DNA of 64,000 nucleotides from Octopus vulgaris (taxonomy: Eukaryota), in NCBI GenBank assembly GCA_951406725.2, contig OX597815.1, positions 31,992,001 to 32,056,000 of the forward strand. Direction: 5' to 3'. A program made the translations under genes and the position numbers. Shown piece after piece: positions 39,355-52,364 of the stretch; within the stretch, counting starts at the first letter, position 1; each line of letters begins with the position of its first letter. Under the pieces are notes generated by a model. It ran no database searches, was not told the origin of the DNA, and saw only the letters and a list, made by a program, of their open reading frames with translations.

Positions 39355-39435
39355 TAGTTACATGTTTGTCTCAAAGCTTAAGCCATGTAAGTGTAAGTTC
39401 GTGTTGTAAACGAATGGTGAAACCGCGAATTGCTC
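39355..39435 (+). pseudogene. Degenerate fragment of the 18S rRNA 5' end
   Basis: tagttacatgtttgtctcaaagcttaagccatg..ggtgaaaccgcgaattgctc resembles the conserved 18S sequence TAGTCATATGCTTGTCTCAAAGATTAAGCCATG..GTGAAACTGCGAATGGCTC. Confidence 0.8.
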
Positions 39436-39617
39436 GATCCTTCTTTTTTCTCTTATTCCATTTTATTTGAATCCTCCATAGTGGCATTTAAATTAACGCG
39501 AAAAAAATGTCTTTAACTTAGTGTTTTAAATGTTTTGTTTTGTTTTGTTTCTGTTGTTTTTTCTTACATATTTATTTTGTAGCTCTATTCTTTCTTTACA
39601 CTTCTATTTATCGGTTT

Positions 39618-40092
39618 TGAAATTTCAATAAAATTTTTGCTTCTTTTCGTACAAATGACGATGAAGTGTGAAGTGGAGATGAAGTGTAAAGTGTGAAGTA
39701 GAGAGAAAAAAAAAAACGAACTAATTTATCTCACGACCCAATAGCTAAGTGTCTTGGCACTGCCATGTACAAGATACTTAAAGAAACATGTTGACTGACA
39801 AACTGTAGCATGGACTTGATCTGTTGTGTGTCATTACCACGATTTATGCATCAAATCAAGATGGGATATTTTGTAATATCATACATTTATAGAATACAGT
39901 TTGTCTACAGTTTGACTACAGTTTGTCAGTCAACATGTTTCTTTAAGTATCTTGTACATGGCAGTGCCAAGACACTTAGCTATTGGGTCGTGAGATAAAT
40001 TAGTTCGTCCACTTCACACTTTACACTTCATCTCCACTTCACACTTCATCGTCATTTGTACGAAAAGAAGTAAAAATGTTATTCAAATTTCA
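39618..40092. repeat. Long inverted repeat (arms about 180 bp, spacer about 107 bp)
   Basis: 39716-39808 is the exact reverse complement of 39916-40008, and the outer arms are near-identical. Confidence 0.9.
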
Positions 40093-40233
40093 GGCAAATC
40101 AGATACCATACAGCATAAATTCTAGATTTAATAAAATTATCTTCGACTCTACGGGATGTCATAATTATCAAACGGCAACTAAGACCAGCTCCGCTTTAGA
40201 AGGGGCGATAATCTCAAGAATCAAAAATTTTAC

Positions 40234-41385
40234 CTAGCTCCTGCAGAGGGCTAATTGGGCCTATGGCCTAGAGCTAAAGAGAGCAATAATAATAATAAAG
40301 TATTTATTGGTACTCTTCCAATATGGTGTTACTTTAAATCCAGTTTAAATGAAAAACTTGTCAGTTCACAAATTTTGGGAGTTCTTTTAAAATTTGGATT
40401 TTTAGCTGTTAGCATATAACAAATACTCATCCAGACCTGATCCCAATGCTAGATGTTCAAGAACCAAATGAAGGGTAGATTTTCAATCCCGGGATCATCT
40501 TGATTTCAAAAAAGGCATGATATATTTATGTAGAGGAAATGTAGACTGAGATTACAGGCGTCCCGGACGGACGAACGGACGGACGCAAGCACGCACGCAC
40601 GGACAGACAAAATTTCGTATTTATTATTATAGACTAGCAGTATCACCCGGCGTTGCTCGGGTTTGTTTCGACGCTTTACAATTGGAATTTTTCAAATGTA
40701 ATAATTTTGCATTATGTAGCTTGTTATTCTCTTTAAGTGAACATTTTTCTGGTTGAAATACACCGAAAAATGGCGACACAGCAGTAAAAATAATCGTAAA
40801 AAATAGGGATTTTCATAGAAAAAAAGCACCTTTTTGATGTAAATAATTTTTGGTGTTAACATGGTCCGATTTGAATTTTATCTTCTACGGAAGGAAGAGC
40901 AAGCCTTCTTCTATCATACTCTCAATTTTGGTGAACTTGCGCCGCAAGGTCTCGGAGGAGATAGTGTTAGTTGAAGGCTACCAAACCTGCCATACACAGG
41001 CAACTTCAGCTTTATCTATATACTAGCAGTATCGCCCGGCGTTGCTCAGGTTTGTAAGGGAAATAACTATAAAGCATTTTTAGAGAGTTATAGCCAAAAA
41101 ATAGCAAAAAAATGGAAAAAAATGATGGTAAATTTTTTTTGAGAGTAAAAAAAGGTCGAGTTGCGTCCCCTAGACAGTCTGTGGTTTGTGTTTCTGATTC
41201 TCGACCCCATGTCGAATTTATCGATTTTTTTCAGAACTGGTAGATTTTCATCCCAGGATCATCCTGATTCCAAAAAAGGCATGATATATCTATGTAGAGG
41301 AAATGTAGACTGAGATTACAGGCGTCCCGGACGGACGCAAGCACGCACACACGGACAGACAGAATTTCGTATCTATTATTATAGA
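40234..41385 (-). mobile_element. Three head-to-tail non-autonomous Helitrons (about 40234-40633, 40634-41020, 41023-41385)
   Basis: CTAG 3' ends at 40234, 40634 and 41023, the latter two with cccggcgttgctc(g/a)gg hairpins. TC 5' ends at 40633 and 41385. 40475-40633 duplicates 41240-41385. Confidence 0.75.
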
Positions 41386-41404
41386 TACCTAAATCTGTTA
41401 AGTG

Positions 41405-41662
41405 TGGAGGCGCGTGGCTTAGTGGTTAGTGGCTTAGTGTCAGCATCATGATCGTAAGATTGTGGTTTCGATTCCTGGACCGGGGCAATGCATTGTGTTC
41501 TTGAGCAAAACACTTCATTTCCCGTTGCTTGCTCCAGTCCACTCAGCTGGCAAAAATGAGTAACGCCGCGATGGACTGGCGTCCCGTCCAGCTGGGGAAC
41601 ACATATGCCATTGAAACCGGTAAACCGGGCCCATGAGCTTGGCTAGGCTTTAAAAGGGCGCA
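41405..41662 (+). mobile_element. SINE family D
   Basis: Head ggaggcgcgtggcttagtggttag..ggtttcgattcctggacc. Near-identical to 53160-53406. Confidence 0.9.
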
Positions 41663-42024
41663 TTTATTTTTATTTTAAATCTGTTAAGCTACGTTGTGAA
41701 GCGCATTTCAAGCGAAAGAAAGCTGTGATGAGCTAATTAATTGGCTGTAGAAAGATATTTGCAATTTAAGCTTAAAGGGAGAAGTTATGAGCTTTCGATG
41801 ATGTAAAAGCAAAGTAGATCTGGGTGACATTTGAACTCAGAACTTAAACGGATAATATCCAGTTAAGAATGATATTTAGCCATATATTCGATATTTATAA
41901 ATTAATAGAGTAAACTTCACTGTGTGTAGTTAAGTTTGTGATCAAATACAAAATGAAAACTAACCAGAGGTATTATATAGTATCCTTTACCGAATATGCC
42001 GTCATTAGTCTTTTCAAAGTCACA

Positions 42025-42640
42025 TACTCTTTTAATTGTTTCAGTCATTTGACTGTGGCCATGCTGGAGCACCGCCTTTAGTCGAACAAATCGACTCCAG
42101 GACTTATTCTTTGTAAGCCTAGTATTTATTCTATCGGACTCTTTTGCCGAACCACTAAGTTACGGGGGCGTAAACACACCTGCATCGGTTGTCAAGCGCT
42201 GTTGGGGGGACAAACACAGACACAAACACACAAGCTACTAACCACACAGCCACTCCTATGCACAAAAAAAACATACACAGTCACATACACAAAAACACAC
42301 AAACACACGCACATAATCACGCACACACTCGCGCGCACATATTTAAAGATGCGAGAAAAGTGATGCAGTCTTAAAAATACAGACTCTAGAAGTTTTGAGA
42401 TGCTCAAAATATTTAATATTTTCAAATTAAACTTTATCGCTTATCTTTTACTTGTTTCATTCATTAGAACTGTGGCCAGGCTGGAGCACCGCCTTGAAGA
42501 GTCGAATGAATCGACCTCAGCACTTTTTTTTTTAAGGCCTGGTACTTATCCTATCGATCCGTTTTTGTCGAACCGCTAAGTTACGGGGACGTAAACACAT
42601 GAATACAAGTTGTCAAGTGGTGATGGGAGAAAAGCGTAGA
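42025..42640 (-). mobile_element. Two partial SINE family B copies
   Basis: Family B tails start at about 42025 and 42445. Confidence 0.75.
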
Positions 42641-42873
42641 CCCAAAGACACACGCACGCACGCACACACACACACACACACATACATACACACACACATA
42701 CATGCATGCATGTGTGTGTATATGTATACACACCTATTTAGCAGAGTGACTGAAGGTCTGAGAGTTTCGTGCGTTGGAACATCAGTCGCTCCGTTATTTC
42801 TACTAAATTTTAATAAAAATATACATATACTCATATTTTGAGTTCTGTTTTTTCTGTTTGCCTCCAACATAGC

Positions 42874-42938
<65 letters not shown>

Positions 42939-42945
42939 GTATGTA

Positions 42946-43007
<62 letters not shown>

Positions 43008-44197
43008 TGTATGTATGTATGTATGTATGTATGTATGTATGTTGGCCTGCTCGCTTAGCCAACGGGGTGGCGTCATTTGAAGGCTATTTCAATGCGAAGC
43101 GCATTGTGACCAGCGATGTGTAATAACATCTGATAGCCTGGTCGATCATGATGATGTATGTATGTATGTATATACGATTGGCTTTTTTTCAGTTTCCGTT
43201 TACGAAATTTATTCGCAAGGATTTATTTGACCCGAGGCTTATAGTAGAAGACAATTTCCGAAGGTACCACGCAGTGGAACTGAACCCGGAACCATGCGGT
43301 TGAGAAGTAAGCTTCCTACCACACAACCGCGTCTTAAACATTTTTTCGTTTTTTTTTTTGTTTTGTTTTTTTTTAATATTCTTTCATCCACCTAACAGGA
43401 TCCAGTAACGTGTTTTATATCTTCCCAAGCGACGAGAACAGCAATAGTTGCAGGAACAGCAACAAAATGCCATACCAGAACTGCTAGCTACAAAACCAGC
43501 AACGATAGCAATTATACACATTTAACAATTGTATATCAACAATACTAATAAACTGACTTGGAATCACTATAACGGCAGTAATAATAGCAGCGAAAGTAGC
43601 GGGAACCGTATATAGCAATTTACATTTCAGCCACACTAATAAACTGTCTTTCCTTGCATGAAAATCGCCATAGCAACAGCAGCTCCGTTGTATGTAATAG
43701 TAGCAATAGCTAAGTAACGGAATAGAATGGAAAGATCTTTGGCAGAAGACCACAAAATTTGGAGTAGCAAAGTGAATACAAAAGACCTATTACTGGTGCT
43801 TATTTTATCGATCCCAATAGGACGAATGTCAAAGTTGATTTCTGGTAGGATTTGATTTCAGGTAGGATTTGATTTCAGAACGTAAAGGATTTAACCAAAC
43901 GCCGAAAAGACATTTTCTCAAGTACGCTACTTAATCATAGTGTTTAAATTGGTATTTTTTAAAAAATCTTTGAGTGTGGCTATGCTGGAGCATCACCTTG
44001 AAGGTTATAGTCAAACTTGTCGCCTCTAGTACTTATTTTTTTCGAAGTCTGGCACCTATTCTATCAGTCTCTATTTTTCCGACCCGCAAGGTTACGGAGA
44101 AGTAAACAAGCCAACACCGGCTGTGAAATACTGGGGAGACAGAGACAAAGGCACGCGCGCATACGTATATCAGTGTGCGCGTGCGTGTGTGTGTGTG

Positions 44198-44560
44198 TGA
44201 AGGCGCATGGCCTAGTGGTTAGGGTGTTGCTCTCACGATCTAGCAATTATGACTTCAATTCCTAGACCAAGGGGTGTGTTGTGTTCTTGAGCAAAACACT
44301 TCATCTCACATTACTGTGCAATCTGACAGTTGATGTGTGGTACACTGTGCACCTGTTCAGACAACGTCGATTTGATTAATGGAGTGAGCTAATGTACAGA
44401 GCATAAACAAATCATTTGAGCTATAAACAAATTAAGGGAGTGAGCTAATGATTTGATTAAGGGAGTGAGCTAATGTACAGAGCATAAACAAATCATTTGT
44501 GCAAATCATTCGGCAAAAGCTGAACGCCTATACGTCGTCTTCGACGGGAGAGTCCATCAT
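44198..44560 (+). mobile_element. SINE family D-related with internal short tandem duplications
   Basis: tRNA-like head, gtgttcttgagcaaaacac, and three copies of ggagtgagctaatg. Confidence 0.65.
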
Positions 44561-44601
44561 ATACATACATACATACATACATACATACATACATACATAC
44601 A

Positions 44602-44641
<40 letters not shown>

Positions 44642-44644
<3 letters not shown>

Positions 44645-45490
44645 GCTGATGTACCTGGTAATTCCCGGGAAAGCGGGGCTTATCCCTTGGTTCCGTCCTC
44701 ATAATTGTTTCTCTAATCCAATAACAACAATACAAAGTCTGTAGCCCTTAAAACGGTTTTTGTGCATTTCCAGAGAATACCGAACTGCCTTACACAGGAT
44801 CTTGTTTTTAGGAATTCCCAATAAATTATGAATACCCAACTTGTGAAGTCAGTTATGTAATAACATGAAATTAGTTACTCGATTGTAAGAATTCAAATAA
44901 AGTACCCCCGAAAAGGGCTTTAATGCGTCCCCAGAGTATATAGAACATAGGAGGAAATACTAATAAGGAATGTATACTAAAATCGTGAAGTTTGTTACGT
45001 AATAACAGGCTAATCAGATATGAGATAATAACAATTCAAAGTAAATAACTCTGAAAAGGGCTTTTGTGAGTTCCCAGAGAATATTACCCTCAGGGGCGCT
45101 AGTATATTCGTGAATAAGTCACTAACCGAAATAAGTGGATCTCTTGTTTAGGAAATACTATTTACTTGTTTTAAGGGTTGTACTGGATAAATTGGAGAAA
45201 ATAACTAACAGTTCAAATACTAAGAAATAAGCATACTCAATTTCATTTTTACCAAATAATTTAGGAAAATGAATGGGTTATTTTCCTTGGTTTTAAAAAT
45301 AAAATGTATTAGATATATATATAAGGATCCCTTCCAGGGGCCCTATTATCGATTTTTTTTAACAATCTGAGTAAGCCATGAGATTTCCAGACATGAGTTC
45401 CACTCATGTGTCAAGTTTCATCAAAATCGATAAAACAATGTAGGAGTTAGCTAATAAATCCACAAATACATCCATAGACAGAATTTCCTA
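44642..45490 (-). mobile_element. Degenerate non-autonomous Helitron-like element
   Basis: Degenerate 3' end (cccgggaattaccagg hairpin plus CTAC on the minus strand) and a Helitron-like 5' region (atcgattttgatgaaacttgacac). Confidence 0.45.
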
Positions 45491-45516
45491 CATATGTATG
45501 TATGTATGTATGTATG

Positions 45517-45561
<45 letters not shown>

Positions 45562-45591
45562 TACAAGCCTCTCAATAGGGCGGCTTTTAAG

Positions 45592-46959
45592 CTAGTTCCT
45601 GCGGAGTGCTCTTGATTGGGCCTTGGGCCCAACAATGACACTTCATGCATTGAGTACATATTAAATTTTATTAAACTTGAACAATCTTTTTCAAACAATT
45701 AACAGTTCTCATAAAAACAATGATATAATTTGTCTATTTGGAACTTATTGTAAAGCCGCATGATAAACAACATTTTTGGTCTTACCATTCGGGCTCAGTA
45801 CAAATAGCTTGTTTCCATTCCCAACTCTTGAACATCCAACACAGAGCTGGCCGTGAGAAAAGCAGGGTTCCATCAGATGAATCCCATTTACTTTCAATGA
45901 TTGTTCTTGGGTCTTATTGAATGACATTGCATAGCTCACTCACACTAGAAACTGAAGTCTTTTGAACCCAAAAGGAAGATCTGGAGAAATTAAGGGGATT
46001 CTTAGAATTAAAACTCTTTCCTCTTTTCCTGGACCAGTAAGGATCTCTGCTTCCAAGAAATGAGGAAGCATTTTCTTGACAATTAACCTTGTTCCATTAC
46101 AGAGCTTTGGATGATCCAGATTTCTCAACAGCATAATTGGCACATTTTCTTTTAGTTCCAACTTGTGTGATGGCATTCCAGGAAGATTCAATGAGTTCAG
46201 GAACTCTGTTGGATAATTCACTGCCTGCTTTTGCTCAACCACGGTGTCAATGGAAAAGTACTTCATGCTTTCTTTTGGAATTTCTTGGAGAAGTTTCCAG
46301 TTGATGCTATCCACAGTTTGATTCTTGGAAGCTAATATCGCCCTCTCACAAAGCCAGTTTGAATCCATGAAATGGTGCTCAATGTTTAGGTAAACATAGT
46401 TAATCAAGTCTTGGATACTTGAGACTGAAACTCCACAACCATTTGAGAGTGAAATATCTCCATTTTGGTCCATTTTGATAGATCCATTGCCAAGCTGCAA
46501 CAACAAAGCAGCAAATCTTCCTGCTTCAAGGCCACCTGACTCTCATGTATGTTTTCAGGCTGAGTCTTTGAACATGACTCCAGATGTAACAAAATTTTCA
46601 GGCGAGCATTGATTTCATCAGCTGGAGTTCTTCTTGCAATGACTAGTAATATTTGTCTGTCCGGATTTGGCCCAGAATGTTTCAATTTACTCACGGAGTC
46701 GGCCTTTAGATTATAAAAATTGCTATCGTACAAAAAAATTCGTCGCAAAAAATCACGTAAAAACAATCGCAATAATCAAAACCTGGGAATCCAAAATTTC
46801 CGGATTGCGAGTCCAGATTCGGCTCGGAATGTTTTTAATTTACTCACAGAGTCGGCATGATTCCAAAATGGTATGATATGTTGGGCTGCGGCCTCTAGGA
46901 GTAAAGTTGAAAAAAATGTAACACACTGACACACTGACATTCGCATTTATTATTAGAGA
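45592..46959 (-). mobile_element. Internally deleted Helitron carrying a helicase remnant
   Basis: 5' end a|tctctaataataaatgcg at 46959, CTAG at 45592-45595, and an internal Pif1-like coding fragment. Confidence 0.85.
45745..46660 (-). pseudogene. Helitron RepHel C-terminal Pif1-family helicase fragment (frameshifts and stops)
   Basis: Motifs LLQLGNG, ERAILASKN, YPTEFLNSL..GMPSHKLELK..PIMLLRNL..LCNGTRL, FKRLQF, then after a stop YAMSFNKTQEQSL..FSHGQLCVGCSRV. Confidence 0.92.
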
Positions 46960-47359
46960 TGGGGGGATTCCACACAGTTTCCGTCAACTAAAATCGCTCA
47001 CAAGGTATTGGCCAGCTAAGGGCTATAGTAGAGGTAACTTGCCCAAGCTGATGTACGAATTACAAGCACTATGGTATATTGATTGATGAGAGGGCAGAAG
47101 CTATCTTCTAGCTCAAGACCTGGTTCGAATGCTTGCAACCGAGTGGGCCTCGCTAAAGCCACCCAAGGTGTCAGATGTTTGTGTGAGATTAGGCGATGGA
47201 TTAAGTCTACTACCCAGAGAAATTACAATGGGATTTGAACTCAGGACGCAAAAAGCTGAAATTTTGTTTAATTTATCTCTTTTCCTTCTTTGAAACCCAT
47301 GCATCGTTTCGGAGTCGATATATAAAGTAACAGTCCAGTTCATTCTGAGGCTCGAGTCC

Positions 47360-47501
47360 TCTGTTTCTCTCTCTCCTCTGTCTCTCTCGCTCTCTTCCGC
47401 ACTCGCTCTCTCTCTCTCTTAGCTTTCTTTCTTTCTCCCTTCTCCCTCTCTCTCTCTCGCTCACTCACCTTTTTCTTTCTTTCTTTTTTTCTTTCTTTCT
47501 T

Positions 47502-47568
<67 letters not shown>

Positions 47569-47660
47569 TTTACATGTCATTCAAAAGGCCATTATCACAC
47601 TGGTTCGACCAGTCTTTCGTTTCTCAGCCATATCTTCTACATTCTTATGCGCGCGCGCGG

Positions 47661-47694
<34 letters not shown>

Positions 47695-47759
47695 CATCCA
47701 TATTTCATGCCTTCTAGACCTTCTCTTCCTCTCTCCCTCTCTCTCTCTCTCTCTCAGTT

Positions 47760-47823
<64 letters not shown>

Positions 47824-48087
47824 TGTGTGTATAAAAACACACAGATGTACATAGATAAGCATTTATAGATATGTATGTATGTATATATCTTTTTATCTAT
47901 AAATATATATAAAGATATATATAAAGATGTATAGTCACATCTTGCACGGTGCGCGCGCATACACACACACACACACACGTACAAGCACAAACATATTTTC
48001 ACACATGCACGTATTTACACTTACACGAAGTTAACCTCACCAACATTGATTAATGACCATCAGTTTTACGCTCAGAGTGTCTCCCCA

Positions 48088-48127
<40 letters not shown>

Positions 48128-48586
48128 TACACACACGTACACACATATATATATGCATACATACATATAGATGTGAGTAGATGCTCATATATATATATAT
48201 ATATATCCGCATAAATATTTGTATATAAATATATATACTTATAATTACACACATTCTCTGGCCTCTCGCTCACTTTCTCTCGGACATACCTACCTACCTA
48301 CCTACCTACATACATACATACATACATACATACATACATACATACATACATACATACATACATACATACATACATACATACATACACACATACATACACA
48401 CATACATATATACATACGTGCATACATACATACATACATACATACAAGCATATGTTTACATATATATAAATATGTGTGTATGAGTGAGAGTGGCATTGTG
48501 AGTGTCTGTGTGTGTGCATGTGTGTATGTATGTATGTGTGTGTGTGTGTAAAGTACAGACTTATATACACATACATATATATATGC

Positions 48587-48639
<53 letters not shown>

Positions 48640-48860
48640 TATATGTATATATATATATATATATATGTATGCATATATATATATGCATGTATATGCATGT
48701 ATGCATATTTGTGTATATATATGTATATATATATATATCTGTGTATCGTATACATGTATGCACATATATATACCTACTTACATATGTACATATATATATG
48801 TGTGTGTGTATGTATGTACATACACACTCACATACACATAAACACAGGTATATTTACACA
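47360..48860. repeat. Compound TC/CA/TA/TACA microsatellite region
   Basis: Directly visible. Confidence 0.9.
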
Positions 48861-49339
48861 TACGTTTCTTTATACGTGCAGAAAACATACAGATGAACGC
48901 ATGTACTGTTCTAAAGGCACGTGTGAGGGATCTCTCATCCTTTTCCAGCTTCTCTACATCCTCCCAGCCTCTTTCACCTACGCCACCACCACCCTCTCTC
49001 TCTCTCTTTTTGTCCCTCTCTCTCTCTTTCTCCCTCTCTCTCTTTCTCCCTCTATTACATATCATTTCCATCTCTGACCTTGGACATCATTGCATTTCCC
49101 TTCAATAATTCCACTTCTGCTGTTACTTGACTCCTCACCCCCACCCCCACTCCACCCCTGCTTCTCTTTTCCCCTCCTCCTCTCCCCCTCCTCCTCCTCC
49201 TCCTCCTCTTAAAGCAGCTGGATATTTAGATAGAATATTTCTGTAGAAGAGATCATGATAAATCACCGACGTGATTCATGTTGACTTTCATTCAATCAAT
49301 CTCAACCCGGACATTTGGTGCCCATTGACTCCTGCCTGC

Positions 49340-49601
49340 GCTCTCGTCGTCGTCATCATCATCACCACCACCACTACCACCATCATCACCACCATCATCA
49401 TTATCATTACCGTCGTCGTCGTCATCATCATCATCGTCGTCATCATCAACATCATCATCATCATCATCATCGTCATCATCATCATCATCGTCATCGTCAT
49501 CATCATCATCATCACCACCATCACCACCACTACCACTATCATCATCATCATCATCATCATATTTATCATTACCGTCGTCGTCGTCATCATCATCATCGTC
49601 G

Positions 49602-49648
<47 letters not shown>

Positions 49649-49829
49649 GTCATCGTCATCATCATCATCATCATCATCAACATCATCATCATCGTCATCA
49701 CTACCACCAATACCATCATCATCATCACCACCATCACCACCACTACCACTATCATCATCATCATCAGCATCATTGCCACCAATACCATCATCATCATTAC
49801 CATCATCACCACCACCACCATCGTCATCG

Positions 49830-49866
<37 letters not shown>

Positions 49867-49919
49867 TGTCATTATTACCGTCAGCATCATTATTACCGTC
49901 ATCATCATCATCATCATCG

Positions 49920-49977
<58 letters not shown>

Positions 49978-50250
49978 TATTATCGTCATCATCGTCATCA
50001 TAATCATCATCATGATCATCATCGTCATCGTCGTCGTCGTCGTCGTCGTAACCATCATGGCCGTCGTCATTGTTCTGATCATCGTCCTTTTTGCCAAGCA
50101 GAAGGACAGCAATAGCAAAAATAGTATAGTGATCGCCTCCTGCGATCCTATCATCATCATCATCATCATCATCACCATCATTGTCGTCAACAACAACAAC
50201 AATAACAACAGCGATAACGACAACAGCAGCAGTAGCAGCAGCGGTAATAA
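49340..50250. repeat. About 900-bp degenerate (CAT)n trinucleotide array
   Basis: CAT/CGT/CAC/TAT triplets held in register. This is the source of the poly-I/H/S/M ORFs. Confidence 0.95.
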
Positions 50251-51062
50251 GAACGATTAATTACAACAGCCGCAGTAATAACAGAGAATGACAGGCATAA
50301 CTGAGAGAGTGGGGTGGAAGTAGGGAAGCGGGTGGATGAGGAGGGAAACAGGGGTCGAAAAATGGGGGAGGGGATGAGCGGCGAGGTTTAGCACAACAGT
50401 CACAGCTCCCGATTACCACAGTAACAACTATGTTAACAACAACAACAACAAGGACACCATGAACAATAGCGGTTACTTCCTCCACCACGACAACTGCAAC
50501 AAGAACCTCAATCGCTGCACCATCAAGCATCATGATCAGCTTCCAGTTCAACAACAACAACAACAACAACAACAACTACTACAGCGCAGAACAGTGACAC
50601 GAACATTAACAGTGTGGTATAATGTTCTTATCTATGTTTAGTAGTAGAGCAAAGGGCTCACCTAGAGGCTCCGATCAAACCTCTGTCAATCTGATTGGAG
50701 GCCCGGGTCAGATGTAGGCCCAGTTCCAGTTGGTGATAAACCCATGTCATATGTGAGATGTGGGTCTAATTTCAATCTTGATAATAGGCTCAGGCCAGAT
50801 GGCAAACGTCCCATTTCAGCCAAGTAACAGGCTTAATCGAGAAATGTCTTGGCCTTATTTCAAACTGACCTTTAAGTATTTTAATAATAATCAATTCTAA
50901 GTGTATTTGTTTTGTGTACGAGTTATAGGTACATGATGGACATGTAGGATAGATGATGTACTTAATAAAAGAACAAAGTATTACTTAGAAAGACAAAAAA
51001 TGCAAGAAAACAATTAAATTTTTTACAATGCTCCTATTTCTTCTCAATATCATAGACCCATC

Positions 51063-51280
51063 AAGGCAGCGAGCTGGCAGAATCGTTACCGCGCCGGGCA
51101 AAATACTCAACAGCATTTCATCGGTCTATATGTTCTGAGTTCAAATTCAACAGAGGTCGATTTTGCTTTTCATTCTTTCAGAGTCAATAAAATCAGTACC
51201 AGTTGAACACTAGGGGTCGATAAATTCGACTAATTCCCTCCCCAGAAATTTCTGGCCTTGTTCTTATATTTGAGATCAGT
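51063..51280 (+). mobile_element. Diverged SINE family A copy
   Basis: Head aaggcagcgagctggcagaatcgtta plus the core. Confidence 0.8.
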
Positions 51281-51960
51281 ATCATAGGCCCATGATAACT
51301 GGTGGTAATTGGCCTATTTACTCCCTGCTTAGCGGCATTCCTTCCCGAATTCACACAAATTCTACCCGATCTTGGGGATATAATAATAATAATTTCTGGA
51401 CACTAGCGGGGCCGTTTTAGCAGCATTATAAGGCCCCAGTGCAAATCAGTGCACTAGGTCCTTTCGTATTTATTTATGCCGCAGCATAAATAGATTAGAA
51501 TTGGACCCCTAAATCTGTGGGGCCCCTTGGCAACCAGTGTGGCCATGGTAGAAGACGGCACTGTCCCAGAAGGGTGAAAGACCAAGTTGACTTCTGCGGG
51601 ATTCGAAGTCAGAACGTAACGAGTTAGATCACATGTCGCGAGGTATTTTTTTCCGATGCTCTAACACGATTCTGCCAGCCCACTGCCAAATTACCTGATC
51701 AATAACTTAAGAGCTTGCCTGCGGGGTGGCCTACTTATACTAATTGTCTTCATTCTTAATTATATAACCTTTACTGAACGAATGGTAAAATTGATCATGA
51801 AGGAATTAATAGAATCCTGTTAATAAGATATCACTAATCTCTTAATTGAACTTGTTCAGTTAAAGTTAAATCAAAAATAGATAGAGCATGTAAAGGGTTT
51901 TGCGGGAAACAACAAATTTCTTGGTTCCTTGAGGCATACAAATTTGCGAAATTCACCAAT

Positions 51961-52364
51961 AGGCGCAGGAGTGGCTGTGTGGTAAGTAGCTTGCTAACCA
52001 GCCACATGGTTCCGGGTTCAGTCCCACTGCGTGGCATCTTGGGCAAGTTTCTTCTGCTATAGCCCCGGGCCGACCAATGCCTTGTGAGTGGATTTGGTAG
52101 ACGGAAACTGAAAGAAGCCTGTCGTATATATGTATATATATATGTATATGTGTGTGTTTGTGTGTCTGTGTTTGTTCCCCTAGCATTGCTTGACAACCGA
52201 TGCAGGTGTGTTTACGTCCCCGTCACTTAGCGGTTCGGCAAAAAGAGACCGATAGAATAAGTACTGGGTTTACAAAAAGAATAAGTCCCGGGGTCGAGTT
52301 GCTCGACTAAAGGTGGTGCTCCAGCATGGCCGCAGTCAAATGACTGAAACAAGTAAAGAGTAAA
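51961..52364 (+). mobile_element. SINE family B, full length
   Basis: Complete head to tail. Confidence 0.9.

Noticed and set aside
41405-41485. tRNA gene candidates at SINE heads (also 25990-26058, 53160-53235)
   Set aside because: A/B-box-like sequence runs directly into SINE bodies and the cloverleaf is incomplete.
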